Source: a virus
Length of the DNA stretch: 64,000 bases
Virus record (IMG/VR): IMGVR_UViG_3300031576_000007
Coordinates: 1-64,000 of that record
Reading direction: 5' to 3' (one strand)
Below, in pieces: positions 41,688-52,397 of this stretch. Position numbers and translations under genes: made by a program. The notes beneath the pieces were generated by a model. The model was not told the origin of the DNA and searched no databases. It saw only the letters and a list, made by a program, of their open reading frames with translations. Position 1 is the stretch's first letter. Every line of letters starts with the position of its first letter.

Positions 41688-43670
41688 TTGAAAAAGTATG
41701 TAGAACTTAGAGTAACTCTTTCTGGGTCTCTAAGAAATAATATAGTTCCATTAACGGATCTATCTAAACATGTAGATCCCTGGAAGGATTGTTATAGAAG
41801 TGTGTTCTACTTCGACGACAATATGCTAAAATATGTTGCTGAGAATGGGTCTGTTGGTAAGTATCCTGGTAAAGTTGGTGTTGACCGGATAGCTTGGGAT
41901 CTTGATAGTCATCCTCTTGAACAGGCCCAGAAGGATGCCATTAAGATAGTTGATAGACTAGTCACTAGTTATGGAGTTAAAGAAGAAGAAATATCAGTCG
42001 CTTTTAGTGGTAGAAAAGGATTTGGTATCGAAATAAAAGTAGAGGGCATACCTTATTTCGATAATTTGTTCACTGAAAATGTTCCACTATACATAGGCCA
42101 TTTTTGCAAAGAAGTAGCTAAAGATTTAACAATTGATACATCAATTTATAGCAAAGTATTTTTATACAGAATTATTGGGACCCTCCATGATAAAGAAAGT
42201 GAAGTAGGGGGAGGGAACTTTCAGTTATTTAAAACTAATATCTCAATTAAGATGCTTCGGGACTCAACAATTGAAGAGATTAAAAAATATTGTATTGAAT
42301 ACAGAATTCCAGAGGTTTTCCCAACTATTTCCAATAGCTCAAAAATAAGCAAATCATTAGACAATATTATCAATAATTTTGATAAGATTATTAGAGAATT
42401 GCCTATTTGTAATACACCAACAGGGGGGATGCTCCATGAGGATTTAGCTCCTAAAGGACAAAAAACCTGCATTGTGAGATTATGCCAAGGAACTTATACT
42501 GAGGGACGAGATAATGCCCTTCTTAGGATAGCAGATCATGAAAAGAAGATAGGGATGCCTCCTGAAGTAGTGAAAGCAAAACTGATAGGTGTTCTTGAGC
42601 TTATGAATAAGAATGACCCAAGAAAAGCAGCTATTGACCCTATTACAGACACTGATTTAAATAGGCTAATTAATCAAATATTTTCAGGAGATTACGATTA
42701 CGGATGTTATGACGCAGTGCTTCATTCTCAGTGCAGTAAGAAGTGTTATTTAGCTTCTAGGAAGTTTAAAGAATCAACTTTAGACACAGTTTCACTAGGA
42801 GAGGCTTACCAGAGATCAAAACCATTCTTCAATAAGTATTATGAAAATATTGCCTTAACAGGGATAAAAGGAATAGATGAAAGTATGCCTCTATTCTTTG
42901 GCACATTCAACTTAATTGTTGGCAAGGCCGGAACCGGAAAAACTAGTATCATGTTGAATATATTGAAGAATTCTATAAAACAAGATATCCCAACATTATT
43001 TTTTAGTCTAGATATGAGTGAAGAAATGTTAATTCAAAGATTCGCTCCAATTCTTCTAGCTCAAGAGAGTAAACGGTTAATAAGTGGCAAAGAGTTTATG
43101 CAAGCTCATGCTAGAGGATTTAAGGATATAATAAATCAAGCCGATGACGAATTTAGTAAAGCGTCAGAAACAGTTAAGATTTCATCTAAACGTGGTCTTA
43201 CGGTTAGTATGATAAGAGATGAGATAGAACGACAAGAAGCTCTCTGGGGCAAGAAAGTAAAATTAGCTATTATAGATTATGTTCAACTATTAACTTCTGA
43301 TAAAGAGGGATTCGCCAATCATACCTTTAATGCTGAGGGCATCACTGAGTTAGCCAAGGATAAAAAAATATGTATACTAGGTCTTTCACAAGCTACAGGG
43401 GGATATAACGATCCTAATATTCTGGCTAAAGGTTCAAGAGCCTGGGAAGAGCAGACATCAACACAAGTTAATTGTTACAGACCATTTAAGGATAAGTATC
43501 CAGAGTATGATTGGACTATAGTAATGGTTATGGCTAAAAATAGATTGGGTCCATCTGATAAAGTTGAGTTATTTTTCCACGGGCCTTCAGGCATAGTTAG
43601 AGATCTAACAGAGGAAGAAAAAGAAGTTCTTATAGGTTTAAAAGATCGTTTAGAGTATGAAAACGAGTAA
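41688..43670 (+). CDS. AEP primase fused to SF4 (DnaB-like) helicase
   Basis: WDLD, FSGRKGF, DTSIY, GRDN; Walker A GKAGTGKT, FSLDM, IIDYVQ, LSQ, KNR. Confidence 0.8.
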   Translation: MKKYVELRVTLSGSLRNNIVPLTDLSKHVDPWKDCYRSVFYFDDNMLKYVAENGSVGKYPGKVGVDRIAWDLDSHPLEQAQKDAIKIVDRLVTSYGVKEEEISVAFSGRKGFGIEIKVEGIPYFDNLFTENVPLYIGHFCKEVAKDLTIDTSIYSKVFLYRIIGTLHDKESEVGGGNFQLFKTNISIKMLRDSTIEEIKKYCIEYRIPEVFPTISNSSKISKSLDNIINNFDKIIRELPICNTPTGGMLHEDLAPKGQKTCIVRLCQGTYTEGRDNALLRIADHEKKIGMPPEVVKAKLIGVLELMNKNDPRKAAIDPITDTDLNRLINQIFSGDYDYGCYDAVLHSQCSKKCYLASRKFKESTLDTVSLGEAYQRSKPFFNKYYENIALTGIKGIDESMPLFFGTFNLIVGKAGTGKTSIMLNILKNSIKQDIPTLFFSLDMSEEMLIQRFAPILLAQESKRLISGKEFMQAHARGFKDIINQADDEFSKASETVKISSKRGLTVSMIRDEIERQEALWGKKVKLAIIDYVQLLTSDKEGFANHTFNAEGITELAKDKKICILGLSQATGGYNDPNILAKGSRAWEEQTSTQVNCYRPFKDKYPEYDWTIVMVMAKNRLGPSDKVELFFHGPSGIVRDLTEEEKEVLIGLKDRLEYENE

Positions 43671-46600
43671 AAATTACGTAATTGCTAAAAACGTAGAAGA
43701 ACATTTGAGTGTTCTAGACTATCTTCTAAGTAATCCTGGGGTAATGGCTGTTGATACTGAGACCACAGGTAGTAATCCTTTTACTTGCAAACTTATCGGG
43801 GTGTCCTTCTCTGTTGATGAAGGTGAGGCATTTTATCTAGCTTTACAAAAATATAATAAAGAATTAGACACCTTAGAATCTTTATTAACAGAAGATGAGT
43901 GGTTTAAAGTAAGGATAAAGTTAATAGAAGTAATAGAGCATAATGAGAATCAGCTGCTCATGCACAATAGTCCATTTGACGTTATAGTTATAGAACGAGA
44001 AGTAGGAGCTAATGCCTTATTAAGATTAAGAGCAGACACCCTACTATTAAAACACACTGTTGACGAAAGAAGACCACATGGGCTTAAGAAAGTGTCCGTA
44101 TCTATTTTAGGCCCCGAATGGGCTAACGAACAAGAAGATCTTAAGAAATCCGTAATAGAAAATGGAGGAAAATGGACTGAAGAATTAAAAGAAATGTACA
44201 AGGCTGATTTAGATATATTAGGCAAATATGCTAATGCTGATGCCGATATGACCAGGAGAATCTTTTTCTTTTTAGAGCATGATTTAGAAACACAAGGGCT
44301 TAGTCGATTTTTTTATGAAAAAGAAGTAATGCCCTTGAACGAAGTTACAATTAGTATGATTAAGACTGGCATAAGGTGTGATCTTGATTATTTCAATAAG
44401 CTTAAGAGTGATTTAGAAAAAGAAGCAGTTCAGTTAGAAGATGAGGCTCACAAAGAATTAAGTGCCAAATTTCAAAAACACTATGATCAATTTGAGAAAG
44501 AATTACTAGACTCTGAATTTCCATTAACCGAATCAGGTCTCATGTTTGCAAAACTTTATGAAGAACAAAATTTACCAATTATATTAAACCAGAAAACTGG
44601 TAAACCAACTTTTTCATCAAAGGTTTTAAGAGAAGTATTTGATCTTTATTTAGATAGCACTGTTCTACAATGGAAAATGGAGTTATTAACTAGAGAAGAA
44701 TTTGTAAAGAAAGAAAAAGACTTAATAACTAAATCACAAAGGGAATTATATTTAGATAAAGAAAAAACTAAACATGTTATAAACTTAAGTTCTAGTAAGC
44801 AGCTGTCTGCAATACTATTTGGTTTCCTTGGCGAAACCCCGATAAAAAAAACAGATACTGGAAAACCCCAAGTTGATGAAGAAGTACTGGAGCATTTTGC
44901 TCCGCAATATTCTTTTATTAACTCCTTATTAAAACTTAGAAAAGTTAATAAATTACTTTTTACTTATGTAGAAGGAATCTTGAGTCACAATATTGATGAT
45001 ATAGTTCGCCCTGGATGGCAGCAATATGGAACAGATTCGGGCAGGTATTCGTGTATATCAGAAGGTCAGATTATTACTATGCCGGGGGGGGATAAGCCTA
45101 TAGAACAAGTATCAATGGGCGATCTTGTATATTGTTTCTTGAAAGATGGAAAACCAACAGTTTCAAAAGTTACTAGGGTTTATAACAACGGGCTTAGAGA
45201 TTGTATAAAAATACAATGGAAGAGTAAAGGATCACACAGAATAGGGGAATTAATTTGTACCCCTGACCATCTGATAAAAACTAGAGAAGATAAATGGGTT
45301 AAAGCAGTAGATTTAGAGAAGGGTGCTAGAATTTATCATTTAAGAAGAGCAAAAAATCTATTAAATGGAAGAGTAAGAGTATATGGTCCTAAATATTTTT
45401 ATAAAACAGAAGAACAGCTTTTAAAAGAAGAGTATTACAAATTTCCTAAAAATTATCACGCTCACCACATTAATCATAATAAATCTGATAATAGAGTAGA
45501 GAATGTACAAATACTTAACCCTTTTGATCATTTAAGTTCTCATGGCAAAGAAAATGCGAGTCTAGGAAAAATAAAATGGAGGCACTTAACACTAAAAGAG
45601 AATAGGCCGTTAAGATTAAAAGGACCAAAAAATCCTAATTGGATCAGCATTACAAGATATCAACTTTTAAAAAATATAGCTAGAAATAAAGGCATTCTTA
45701 CGTCAATTAATATGGATTTTCAAACACTAAAGAATAAAATAAAATATTTAGGAATTGATGTAAATAGTATAAAGTTAAAATATAACTCCAGAGGTGATTA
45801 TCTCAGCAGAGGATTCATTAAAAATATATTAATTAAATCTAGACATAAAAAAGAAGCTATAAAATTAAGTGGAGTAAATTATTATAAATTTAATAAATTA
45901 TTAGACTTATATGGTCTAGAGGAGAACCATACTGTAATTTCTATAGCTTCCGTGGGTAAAAGGCAAGTTTATGATCTTGAGATAGAAAATCACCACAATT
46001 TCATAGCTAACGAAATCTGTGTACATAATTGTATAAATCCAAACCTCCAAAATTTACCAAGAGATGATACTAGAATAAAACATGGTATAATAGCAAGAGA
46101 TGGGTATAGTCTAGTAGGAGCGGATTATTCACAGTTGGAACCGCGCAGCTTCGCTCACTGTAGCGGAGAGCCGGCTTTAATACAACCTTATATTGATGAT
46201 AAATATACAGATCTTTATTCTGCGGCAGCTATAGATTGGTTTAATCTTGGCTGTTCATCTAAAGAAGTTAAAGCTAAACATCCTGATAAGAGAAACATAA
46301 TGAAGGCGTCTCTTTTAGCTATAACTTACGGGGCTAAAAAATGGAAATTAGCAAAAATAACTGGTAAAACGCTAGAAGAAGCTGACAAATTTATATCCGA
46401 TTATTTTAAAAAGTATTCAATATTAGATAGGTATATAGCAGGAAGACATGGATCAGCAATTAAACATGGGAAAGTACAAAGTGAGGCGGGGAGAATTAGG
46501 AGGTTCATTGATATTCGTAGACTTCAAAAATCAAGAAAAAGGGAAGAACAAGCTTTATTCAATAAGCTTCTTAATACTTCTGTTAATTTTAGTATTCAAT

Positions 46601-46839
46601 CTCTTGCCGCTAGTATTGTTAATCGTTCAATGATAGCTATAAAAAAAGCGTTTGAGGATGAAAAACTCGATGCAAGAATACTTTTACAAGTTCATGATGA
46701 AATAGTTTCAGAAGCAAGAAATGATCATGCTGAAAGAGCAAGACAGATAATGAAGGAAAAGATGGAAGGGACGTATAAACTTCGTGTACCCTTAGTTGCT
46801 GACCCTAAGATTGGATTTAGGTTAACTGAAATTAAATAA
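43657..46839 (+). CDS. polA: family A DNA polymerase, intein-containing
   Basis: DTETTG exonuclease, SGRYS|intein|CINPNLQN, DYSQLE, K...ITYG, QVHDE. Confidence 0.92.
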   Translation: MKTSKNYVIAKNVEEHLSVLDYLLSNPGVMAVDTETTGSNPFTCKLIGVSFSVDEGEAFYLALQKYNKELDTLESLLTEDEWFKVRIKLIEVIEHNENQLLMHNSPFDVIVIEREVGANALLRLRADTLLLKHTVDERRPHGLKKVSVSILGPEWANEQEDLKKSVIENGGKWTEELKEMYKADLDILGKYANADADMTRRIFFFLEHDLETQGLSRFFYEKEVMPLNEVTISMIKTGIRCDLDYFNKLKSDLEKEAVQLEDEAHKELSAKFQKHYDQFEKELLDSEFPLTESGLMFAKLYEEQNLPIILNQKTGKPTFSSKVLREVFDLYLDSTVLQWKMELLTREEFVKKEKDLITKSQRELYLDKEKTKHVINLSSSKQLSAILFGFLGETPIKKTDTGKPQVDEEVLEHFAPQYSFINSLLKLRKVNKLLFTYVEGILSHNIDDIVRPGWQQYGTDSGRYSCISEGQIITMPGGDKPIEQVSMGDLVYCFLKDGKPTVSKVTRVYNNGLRDCIKIQWKSKGSHRIGELICTPDHLIKTREDKWVKAVDLEKGARIYHLRRAKNLLNGRVRVYGPKYFYKTEEQLLKEEYYKFPKNYHAHHINHNKSDNRVENVQILNPFDHLSSHGKENASLGKIKWRHLTLKENRPLRLKGPKNPNWISITRYQLLKNIARNKGILTSINMDFQTLKNKIKYLGIDVNSIKLKYNSRGDYLSRGFIKNILIKSRHKKEAIKLSGVNYYKFNKLLDLYGLEENHTVISIASVGKRQVYDLEIENHHNFIANEICVHNCINPNLQNLPRDDTRIKHGIIARDGYSLVGADYSQLEPRSFAHCSGEPALIQPYIDDKYTDLYSAAAIDWFNLGCSSKEVKAKHPDKRNIMKASLLAITYGAKKWKLAKITGKTLEEADKFISDYFKKYSILDRYIAGRHGSAIKHGKVQSEAGRIRRFIDIRRLQKSRKREEQALFNKLLNTSVNFSIQSLAASIVNRSMIAIKKAFEDEKLDARILLQVHDEIVSEARNDHAERARQIMKEKMEGTYKLRVPLVADPKIGFRLTEIK
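45052..46029 (+). mobile_element. intein (326 aa) with HNH endonuclease
   Basis: CISEG, CTPDH, HHINHNKSDNRVEN, CVHN|C. Confidence 0.88.
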
Positions 46840-46847
46840 AGGATAAT

Positions 46848-47585
46848 ATGAAACGACCAAAAACTTTAATATTTGATGTTGAGACAGCCCCAGTTTTAGC
46901 TTGGATTTGGAGAACAGGCCACAAGATAAGTGTTTCTCATGACCAGATTAAAAAAGGGCAGCGATTTGATATAATTTGTGTGTGTTATAAGTGGGCTGAC
47001 GAATCTAAAATATATTCATTAGACTGGGGGATTAATAAACAAGACTCTACAAAAATGATTGAGGAATTTTCCAAAATAATCGAGAAAGCCGATACTATTA
47101 TAGGACATAATTGCGACAGATTCGATATAAAACAGGTTAATACTCAAAGATTATTAAAAGGTATGCCACCTATTAATTGGCCTACAAGTAATGATACTTT
47201 GAAACAATTTAGAAAGTATTTTGCTTTACCTTCTTATAAACTAGATTATATAGCGAATATATTACTTAGCACAGGAAAAGACAGGATGAATTTCCAGGAT
47301 TGGATTGATATAGTAGAAGATAAGAACCCGAAAGCATTACAGAAAATGATTTCATACTGCTCGAAAGATGTGAAGCTTTTGGATTCAGTGTTTAAGAAGG
47401 CATCTAAGTTTTTTAAACCAAAAGTTCATGTTGGAGTTATGAATAGTTTACAATCTAGACTTTCATGCCCTGACTGCGGTTCTACAGAATCTAGATCAAA
47501 AGGCAGACAATACACAGCTACAAGAGTCTATCAACAAAGAGTTTGTTTAGAGTGTGGTAGGCATTATCAGGGATTACGTTTATAG
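46848..47585 (+). CDS. RNase H-fold DEDD exonuclease with C-terminal Zn ribbon
   Basis: FDVET, GHNCDRFD, YCSKDV, CPDCG...CLECG. Confidence 0.8.
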   Translation: MKRPKTLIFDVETAPVLAWIWRTGHKISVSHDQIKKGQRFDIICVCYKWADESKIYSLDWGINKQDSTKMIEEFSKIIEKADTIIGHNCDRFDIKQVNTQRLLKGMPPINWPTSNDTLKQFRKYFALPSYKLDYIANILLSTGKDRMNFQDWIDIVEDKNPKALQKMISYCSKDVKLLDSVFKKASKFFKPKVHVGVMNSLQSRLSCPDCGSTESRSKGRQYTATRVYQQRVCLECGRHYQGLRL

Positions 47586-47845
47586 TTTTTTATAGAAAGG
47601 ATTAATATGGAGCAAACGTTACGCGGATTTTTAAATTCTAGGAGTGAGAAGGAGGAAAAATCCACTCCCGAAGTTAAGAAATTAACTCAATTTATAGATG
47701 ATTTAGTAGATTTAAAAGAGTATGTTAGGTTAATACAGAAGGAAAATGTTAATCTAAAAAGAAAAGTTAGAAAAGCTGTTAAAAACGAATTATCTGTATT
47801 TACTAAAGCGGCTAAAGAAAGAAGAGTCAGTACTAGGAGATAAGA

Positions 47846-48511
47846 ATGAACAAACTGATTGGTATAGCAGGCTCAGCCGGTTCTGGAAAAGACACTTTTG
47901 CAGCCCCATTAGTTAATCGAGGATTTATTAAAGCTGCATTTGCTGATAATTTAAAAGAAATGTGTAGAGTAATATTTGGTTTATCTAAATTTCATACAGA
48001 CACTCAAGAGGGTAAGCTAACCAAGTTATCCGTGCTAATTCCTTTTACAAAAATTCACTTTAATGAAATTGTACGATGGATTGATAGAACACACGATATA
48101 AGAGAATGCGCAGCGGCTCTTTCAGAGGTGGAAAAAAAATACATAACCAACCATATAAAAAAAGAAGGAAGACCTCTATACTTTTATACCCCAAGAGAAG
48201 TACTTCAGTTTGTAGGCACAGAAATCTGTAGATCTGTCCACATTAATTATCATGCAGAAGTGCTTTATGCTAGAATTATAAGCTCAAATTTGAGGTGGGT
48301 TATAACAGATGTTAGATTTGCAAATGAAAGAGAAATGATTAAGAAATTAGGTGGTATTTTAGTCAGGCTCAAAAGAGATGGTCATATTACCCAGGGTATT
48401 AATACAGGACATCCATCAGAGTCTTCGTGGGGTGAAGATAGTGAGTATGATGTAGTGATAAATAATAGCGGCACAATTGAAGATTTACAAAAATCTACAG
48501 ATCAATTCTAG
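47846..48511 (+). CDS. deoxynucleoside monophosphate kinase
   Basis: GSAGSGKDT, FADNLK, PREVLQFVGTE, DVRFANE, HPSE. Confidence 0.88.
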   Translation: MNKLIGIAGSAGSGKDTFAAPLVNRGFIKAAFADNLKEMCRVIFGLSKFHTDTQEGKLTKLSVLIPFTKIHFNEIVRWIDRTHDIRECAAALSEVEKKYITNHIKKEGRPLYFYTPREVLQFVGTEICRSVHINYHAEVLYARIISSNLRWVITDVRFANEREMIKKLGGILVRLKRDGHITQGINTGHPSESSWGEDSEYDVVINNSGTIEDLQKSTDQF

Positions 48512-48518
48512 GAGCATA

Positions 48519-49343
48519 ATGAGCCAGAATAAGAAGGAATTCCCAAAAGACGCTACAATTTTACAAACTACCATACAACAAGGTATTGATCTACAGCATA
48601 GGCGCATATATTTTGGGGATTTAGAATATGTAGAAGGTAGTGAAATAGAGTTTTGTTCTATTGAACTTACTCTACGGGCTATTGACAAAATGCTTGATAT
48701 TAACAATAAACCTATAGAAATATATATGAGTAGTTATGGTGGAGACCCCTATGCCATGCTAGCTCTTCATGATAAGATTCAAGAATCCCCTTGTAAATTC
48801 ATATTCTTTGGTAGAGGTATGATAATGTCCTCAGCTACTTGGGTAATGTGTTGTTGTGATGAAAGGTATCTAAGTACTAATACTACTGTTTTAGTGCATG
48901 ATGGATTCACTGATGTTGTCGATAGAAGCACTGATGCTAGAATTAATTCTGACGAAAATGAACGTCTACAACAAAGACTAGCTAAGATATATGAAGATAA
49001 CTCCTACTTAGATAGGAAATTTTGGTCTACTGTAGGAAGAAGAGATTTATATCTAACAGCCGAGGAAACTATAAAATTAGGCTTAGCTGATAAAATTACT
49101 CCATTTAGGAAAAGAGGTTTATTTAGAAAAGGCCCCAGAGAGCATACTTTTTTATCTAAACCTGACACAGAATCTATGAGAGGATTTATTTCAGAATTAT
49201 TCAAGAGAATAAAAGCTGAAGTACCACAGAATCTTCAGATAGTAGCAAATATTGACGAGTTTGAAGAAATAGATAATTATGATAATTCTGATAAAGAGCT
49301 GGAACATCTAGGTTTAAAGAAAATAGTGGCAACAAATGAATGA
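48519..49343 (+). CDS. ClpP-family protease
   Basis: SYGGD, MSSA (Ser), LVHD (His), DLYLTAEETIKLGLAD. Confidence 0.8.
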   Translation: MSQNKKEFPKDATILQTTIQQGIDLQHRRIYFGDLEYVEGSEIEFCSIELTLRAIDKMLDINNKPIEIYMSSYGGDPYAMLALHDKIQESPCKFIFFGRGMIMSSATWVMCCCDERYLSTNTTVLVHDGFTDVVDRSTDARINSDENERLQQRLAKIYEDNSYLDRKFWSTVGRRDLYLTAEETIKLGLADKITPFRKRGLFRKGPREHTFLSKPDTESMRGFISELFKRIKAEVPQNLQIVANIDEFEEIDNYDNSDKELEHLGLKKIVATNE

Positions 49344-49606
49344 TGATATAAAGCTAGGTTTGTTTGATTTCGCAAGTGAATTCTTCTTTAAAGATAATTT
49401 GAAAATCGCCTTACGCTCTAAAAAAACTGATAATTCTCCTTCTTATTGGGCTATAGTTTCAAGGGGAGGTTTAGTTTATAACAGAGATATGGAGCTTGAA
49501 TATGAGTCTTCGCCAAGTAATAGGGATGATGAATTTATAAAGAGAACTAGATTTACATTGGAGGAAGCAGTAGATTTAGTTGGAAAAATAGCTGGAGTGG
49601 TAGATT

Positions 49607-49981
49607 ATGAAACTAATAATCGCGGGAAGTAGGACATTTGATAAAATTGATAGCCTAACTATTGCAGGGTTATTAAGCCAGTTTATTCCTGATTGGCCGA
49701 ACATAATAAAAGAAAGAGTAGTTGGTGGGGCCAGAGGCATAGATAACGCTGGAGAGAATTTTGCAAGAAGTGTAGGTATTCCCTTTAAATTATTCCCAGC
49801 TCAATGGGGGGAATTTGGTAAAGCAGCGGGGCCTATTAGGAATGCAGCAATGGCTACTTACGCAGACGCACTTCTACTCATTCATGGTAATAGCTGTGGT
49901 AGTTTAAATATGCGAGAACAAATGAAAGAATTAAACAAGCCTATTTATGAGGTATTACTAAGTGCGAGTAGTGCATTGTAA
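49607..49981 (+). CDS. SLOG/YspA-like (DUF2493) protein
   Basis: IIAGSR, GGARGID, AAGPIRNAAM. Confidence 0.75.
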   Translation: MKLIIAGSRTFDKIDSLTIAGLLSQFIPDWPNIIKERVVGGARGIDNAGENFARSVGIPFKLFPAQWGEFGKAAGPIRNAAMATYADALLLIHGNSCGSLNMREQMKELNKPIYEVLLSASSAL

Positions 49982-50243
49982 AAAAGAAAAATTTGATCAC
50001 TATCTCGGGAGACCTTTTGTATTTGGTAATCCATTCAGCCATAAAGAGGGGGCTTTAGCTATATTTAAAGTAGATACAGTTGAAGAGGCAGTTGCTAAAT
50101 ATAGAGAATGGATTTTAAATCAACCAGAATTAATTATAAGAGTAAAAAGAGAACTTAAAAGGAAAGTAATCGGATGTTGGTGTAAAGTAAAAGGAAATGA
50201 ACCTTGTCATGGGGATGTACTTTTGGAGATAGCAAATGAATAA
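49962..50243 (+). CDS. DUF4326-like protein
   Basis: YLGRP..FGNPF, GCWC..PCHGDVL. Confidence 0.75.
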   Translation: MRVVHCKKEKFDHYLGRPFVFGNPFSHKEGALAIFKVDTVEEAVAKYREWILNQPELIIRVKRELKRKVIGCWCKVKGNEPCHGDVLLEIANE

Positions 50244-50853
50244 AATCGAATACCTAGGTGATTGTAAAAATCTATTTTTAGACATTTCATCAAGCTGTAC
50301 TGGGTGGGTTGTTGCTGGGATGGATTCCCGTACTAGGGAAATTACTATATATAAGGCGGGGGTAATGTGGTTTGGTGATGATACACCACATGGTAAAAAA
50401 TATAATATACTCTCTAATTTTGTTTTGGATACCGCGTATGTAGCATACCATATACAAAATGTAATAGCAGAAGGTTATATGGTCAATATGAACAGAGTAA
50501 TGGGTACTCTTGTTATCCCAGAAGCACAGGGGTCCATAAAGTCAGCTTGTTTCGAAACTGTCCCTCCTTTGGGATTCTATAATGTTTACCCCCAAACCTG
50601 GAGAGCTGCTTTAAGTATTAAAAAAGACACAAAGTTTACTTCGTCTAAAGCCTGGAAGGAACCCACTAAAAAAAGAGTAGAAGAGTTGCTGGGTCAAAAA
50701 TTACCTCCAAAAATTAGAAGTAATGTAACAGGAAAAGATAGACCTATTCCATATGACATTTTCGATGCTCTAGGGGTAGCTCTAGCCTGGTATATGAAGG
50801 AACCTAATAGTTGTGTAAAGATCAATGTAGATAAAAACTTCTTGATTAGCTAA
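50236..50853 (+). CDS. RuvC-like Holliday junction resolvase
   Basis: LDISSSCTGW, IAEG, PQTWR, DIFDALGVA. Confidence 0.75.
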   Translation: MNKIEYLGDCKNLFLDISSSCTGWVVAGMDSRTREITIYKAGVMWFGDDTPHGKKYNILSNFVLDTAYVAYHIQNVIAEGYMVNMNRVMGTLVIPEAQGSIKSACFETVPPLGFYNVYPQTWRAALSIKKDTKFTSSKAWKEPTKKRVEELLGQKLPPKIRSNVTGKDRPIPYDIFDALGVALAWYMKEPNSCVKINVDKNFLIS

Positions 50854-50870
50854 TTAAAAAATGGTATAAT
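50842..50870 (+). promoter_or_regulatory. sigma70 promoter, probably leaderless for the ATG at 50877
   Basis: TTGATT-17 bp-TATAAT with TGn; ATG 6 nt downstream. Confidence 0.65.
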
Positions 50871-51075
50871 CATGATATGATACCTCAGTTTAATCACACA
50901 GTAGATACGATCATAGTCAGCGTGGCGCTTATTGTCTCTGCTACTATATTAGGGCTTATTATAAGTAAACATCTAAAAGGTGTGGTATTTCAATTAGTTT
51001 ATATACAATATGCTCTGAATTACTTAAACGAATTCTTTTCAGAGGAAAGTACAATAAAAAAAGAGGAGAAAGAAG

Positions 51076-51351
51076 ATGGGGTTTTGGATCAATAATCCTA
51101 GCACCGGGCGTGATGACACCATGCTCACTTGTGCTGTAGCGGGGTTTATAATTAGCAGCATGATAGTTGTAGCCCAGTTTGTAGCCAGTCTTTATATTGA
51201 AAAGATTACTATGGGTGACATCTCATTAGTAATAGGTGCTATACTTACACCTACAGTAGCGGCATATACAGCTAGACGGTACACAGACTTAAAACATAGT
51301 AATAATGGGAATTGCCATTCAAAAGTGGATCAGCCTACAAATGGAGATTAA
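51076..51351 (+). CDS. small two-TM membrane protein (holin-like)
   Basis: two hydrophobic segments; charged C-terminus. Confidence 0.5.
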   Translation: MGFWINNPSTGRDDTMLTCAVAGFIISSMIVVAQFVASLYIEKITMGDISLVIGAILTPTVAAYTARRYTDLKHSNNGNCHSKVDQPTNGD

Positions 51352-51363
51352 AGAAAGGAAAAT

Positions 51364-52092
51364 ATGAAGTTTTTAACAAGTTTTTTTATTTTATGTTCGT
51401 TGATGTTTAAAGCTAATTTAAGAGCAGAAGTAATATTAGTAGCTACCAAGCCTATTGCTACTAATATTGTTGTAAAGATGGTAGACCAGATTAATATAGA
51501 TGAAAAAAGACTATTAGTTATACGAGATGATGTTAACGAAGGTGTCATAGATCCACTTATTATTAAGATGAATAAATTAGATAAAGAAAAAAAAGACCCA
51601 ATATATCTGATTATTAATACCAGGGGTGGACAGATTGATTCTGGTATGTCACTAGTTACAACTATTACTTCTATTAAAAGTCCAGTAATTTGTATTATAG
51701 ATAATAAAGCCTACTCAATGGGGGCTGTAATTGCAACTTATTGCCCAAAAACTTATATTCATAAATATGCGACAGTTATGTTCCATTATGCTGCTTATGG
51801 TGTTAGAGGACCTGAAAACATTGTTCCTTCAAGATTAGCTATTATCCAGAAAGAATTAAAGAAACTTCATCTAGAAGTAGCTTCAAACCTGGGGATTACT
51901 TATGATCAATATATAGAAAAAATTAGAAATGAATGGTGGATGACTGCTGAAGAGGCTGTTTCTAATAAGGTTGCAGACGTGTTGATTAATAAGCTTAGTT
52001 ACACATTTGAACAAAAAGTAGAAATAATGCCGTTTATATTTGGTTTGACTTACTACACAGACAAGTTTGTGTTTGATGTAAGGATGAAATAA
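51364..52092 (+). CDS. ClpP-family protease with N-terminal signal peptide or anchor
   Basis: MKFLTSFFILCSLMF...; INTRGG, AYSMGA (Ser), MFH (His), WMTAEEAV. Confidence 0.75.
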   Translation: MKFLTSFFILCSLMFKANLRAEVILVATKPIATNIVVKMVDQINIDEKRLLVIRDDVNEGVIDPLIIKMNKLDKEKKDPIYLIINTRGGQIDSGMSLVTTITSIKSPVICIIDNKAYSMGAVIATYCPKTYIHKYATVMFHYAAYGVRGPENIVPSRLAIIQKELKKLHLEVASNLGITYDQYIEKIRNEWWMTAEEAVSNKVADVLINKLSYTFEQKVEIMPFIFGLTYYTDKFVFDVRMK

Positions 52093-52094
52093 AA

Positions 52095-52397
52095 ATGTTA
52101 AAATGGTTGAAGGGTAACTTCTGGGCAGTAACCGGGGTAATTGTAGGTATTGTGCTGCTTATCTTCATCAAAGATATTGAGAGACTTAAGGAAATTGAAT
52201 CATTTTTTAGAAGGAAAAAAGTAGAAGACGAAGTTAATCAACTTAAGTCTACTTTAAGTTCTAGTAAGGTCCATATAGATTCGAATGATGAAAAGCTAGT
52301 TTTACTGGCCGAAGATCTAAAGAATAGAAAGATTAAAGTTTCTAATTTGTCTGAAGATGAAGTTAAGATTTTTTACGATGATTTTTTTAGTAGTTAA
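52095..52397 (+). CDS. N-terminal TM plus coiled-coil protein (spanin-like)
   Basis: FWAVTGVIVGIVLLIFI followed by a heptad-rich region. Confidence 0.45.
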   Translation: MLKWLKGNFWAVTGVIVGIVLLIFIKDIERLKEIESFFRRKKVEDEVNQLKSTLSSSKVHIDSNDEKLVLLAEDLKNRKIKVSNLSEDEVKIFYDDFFSS

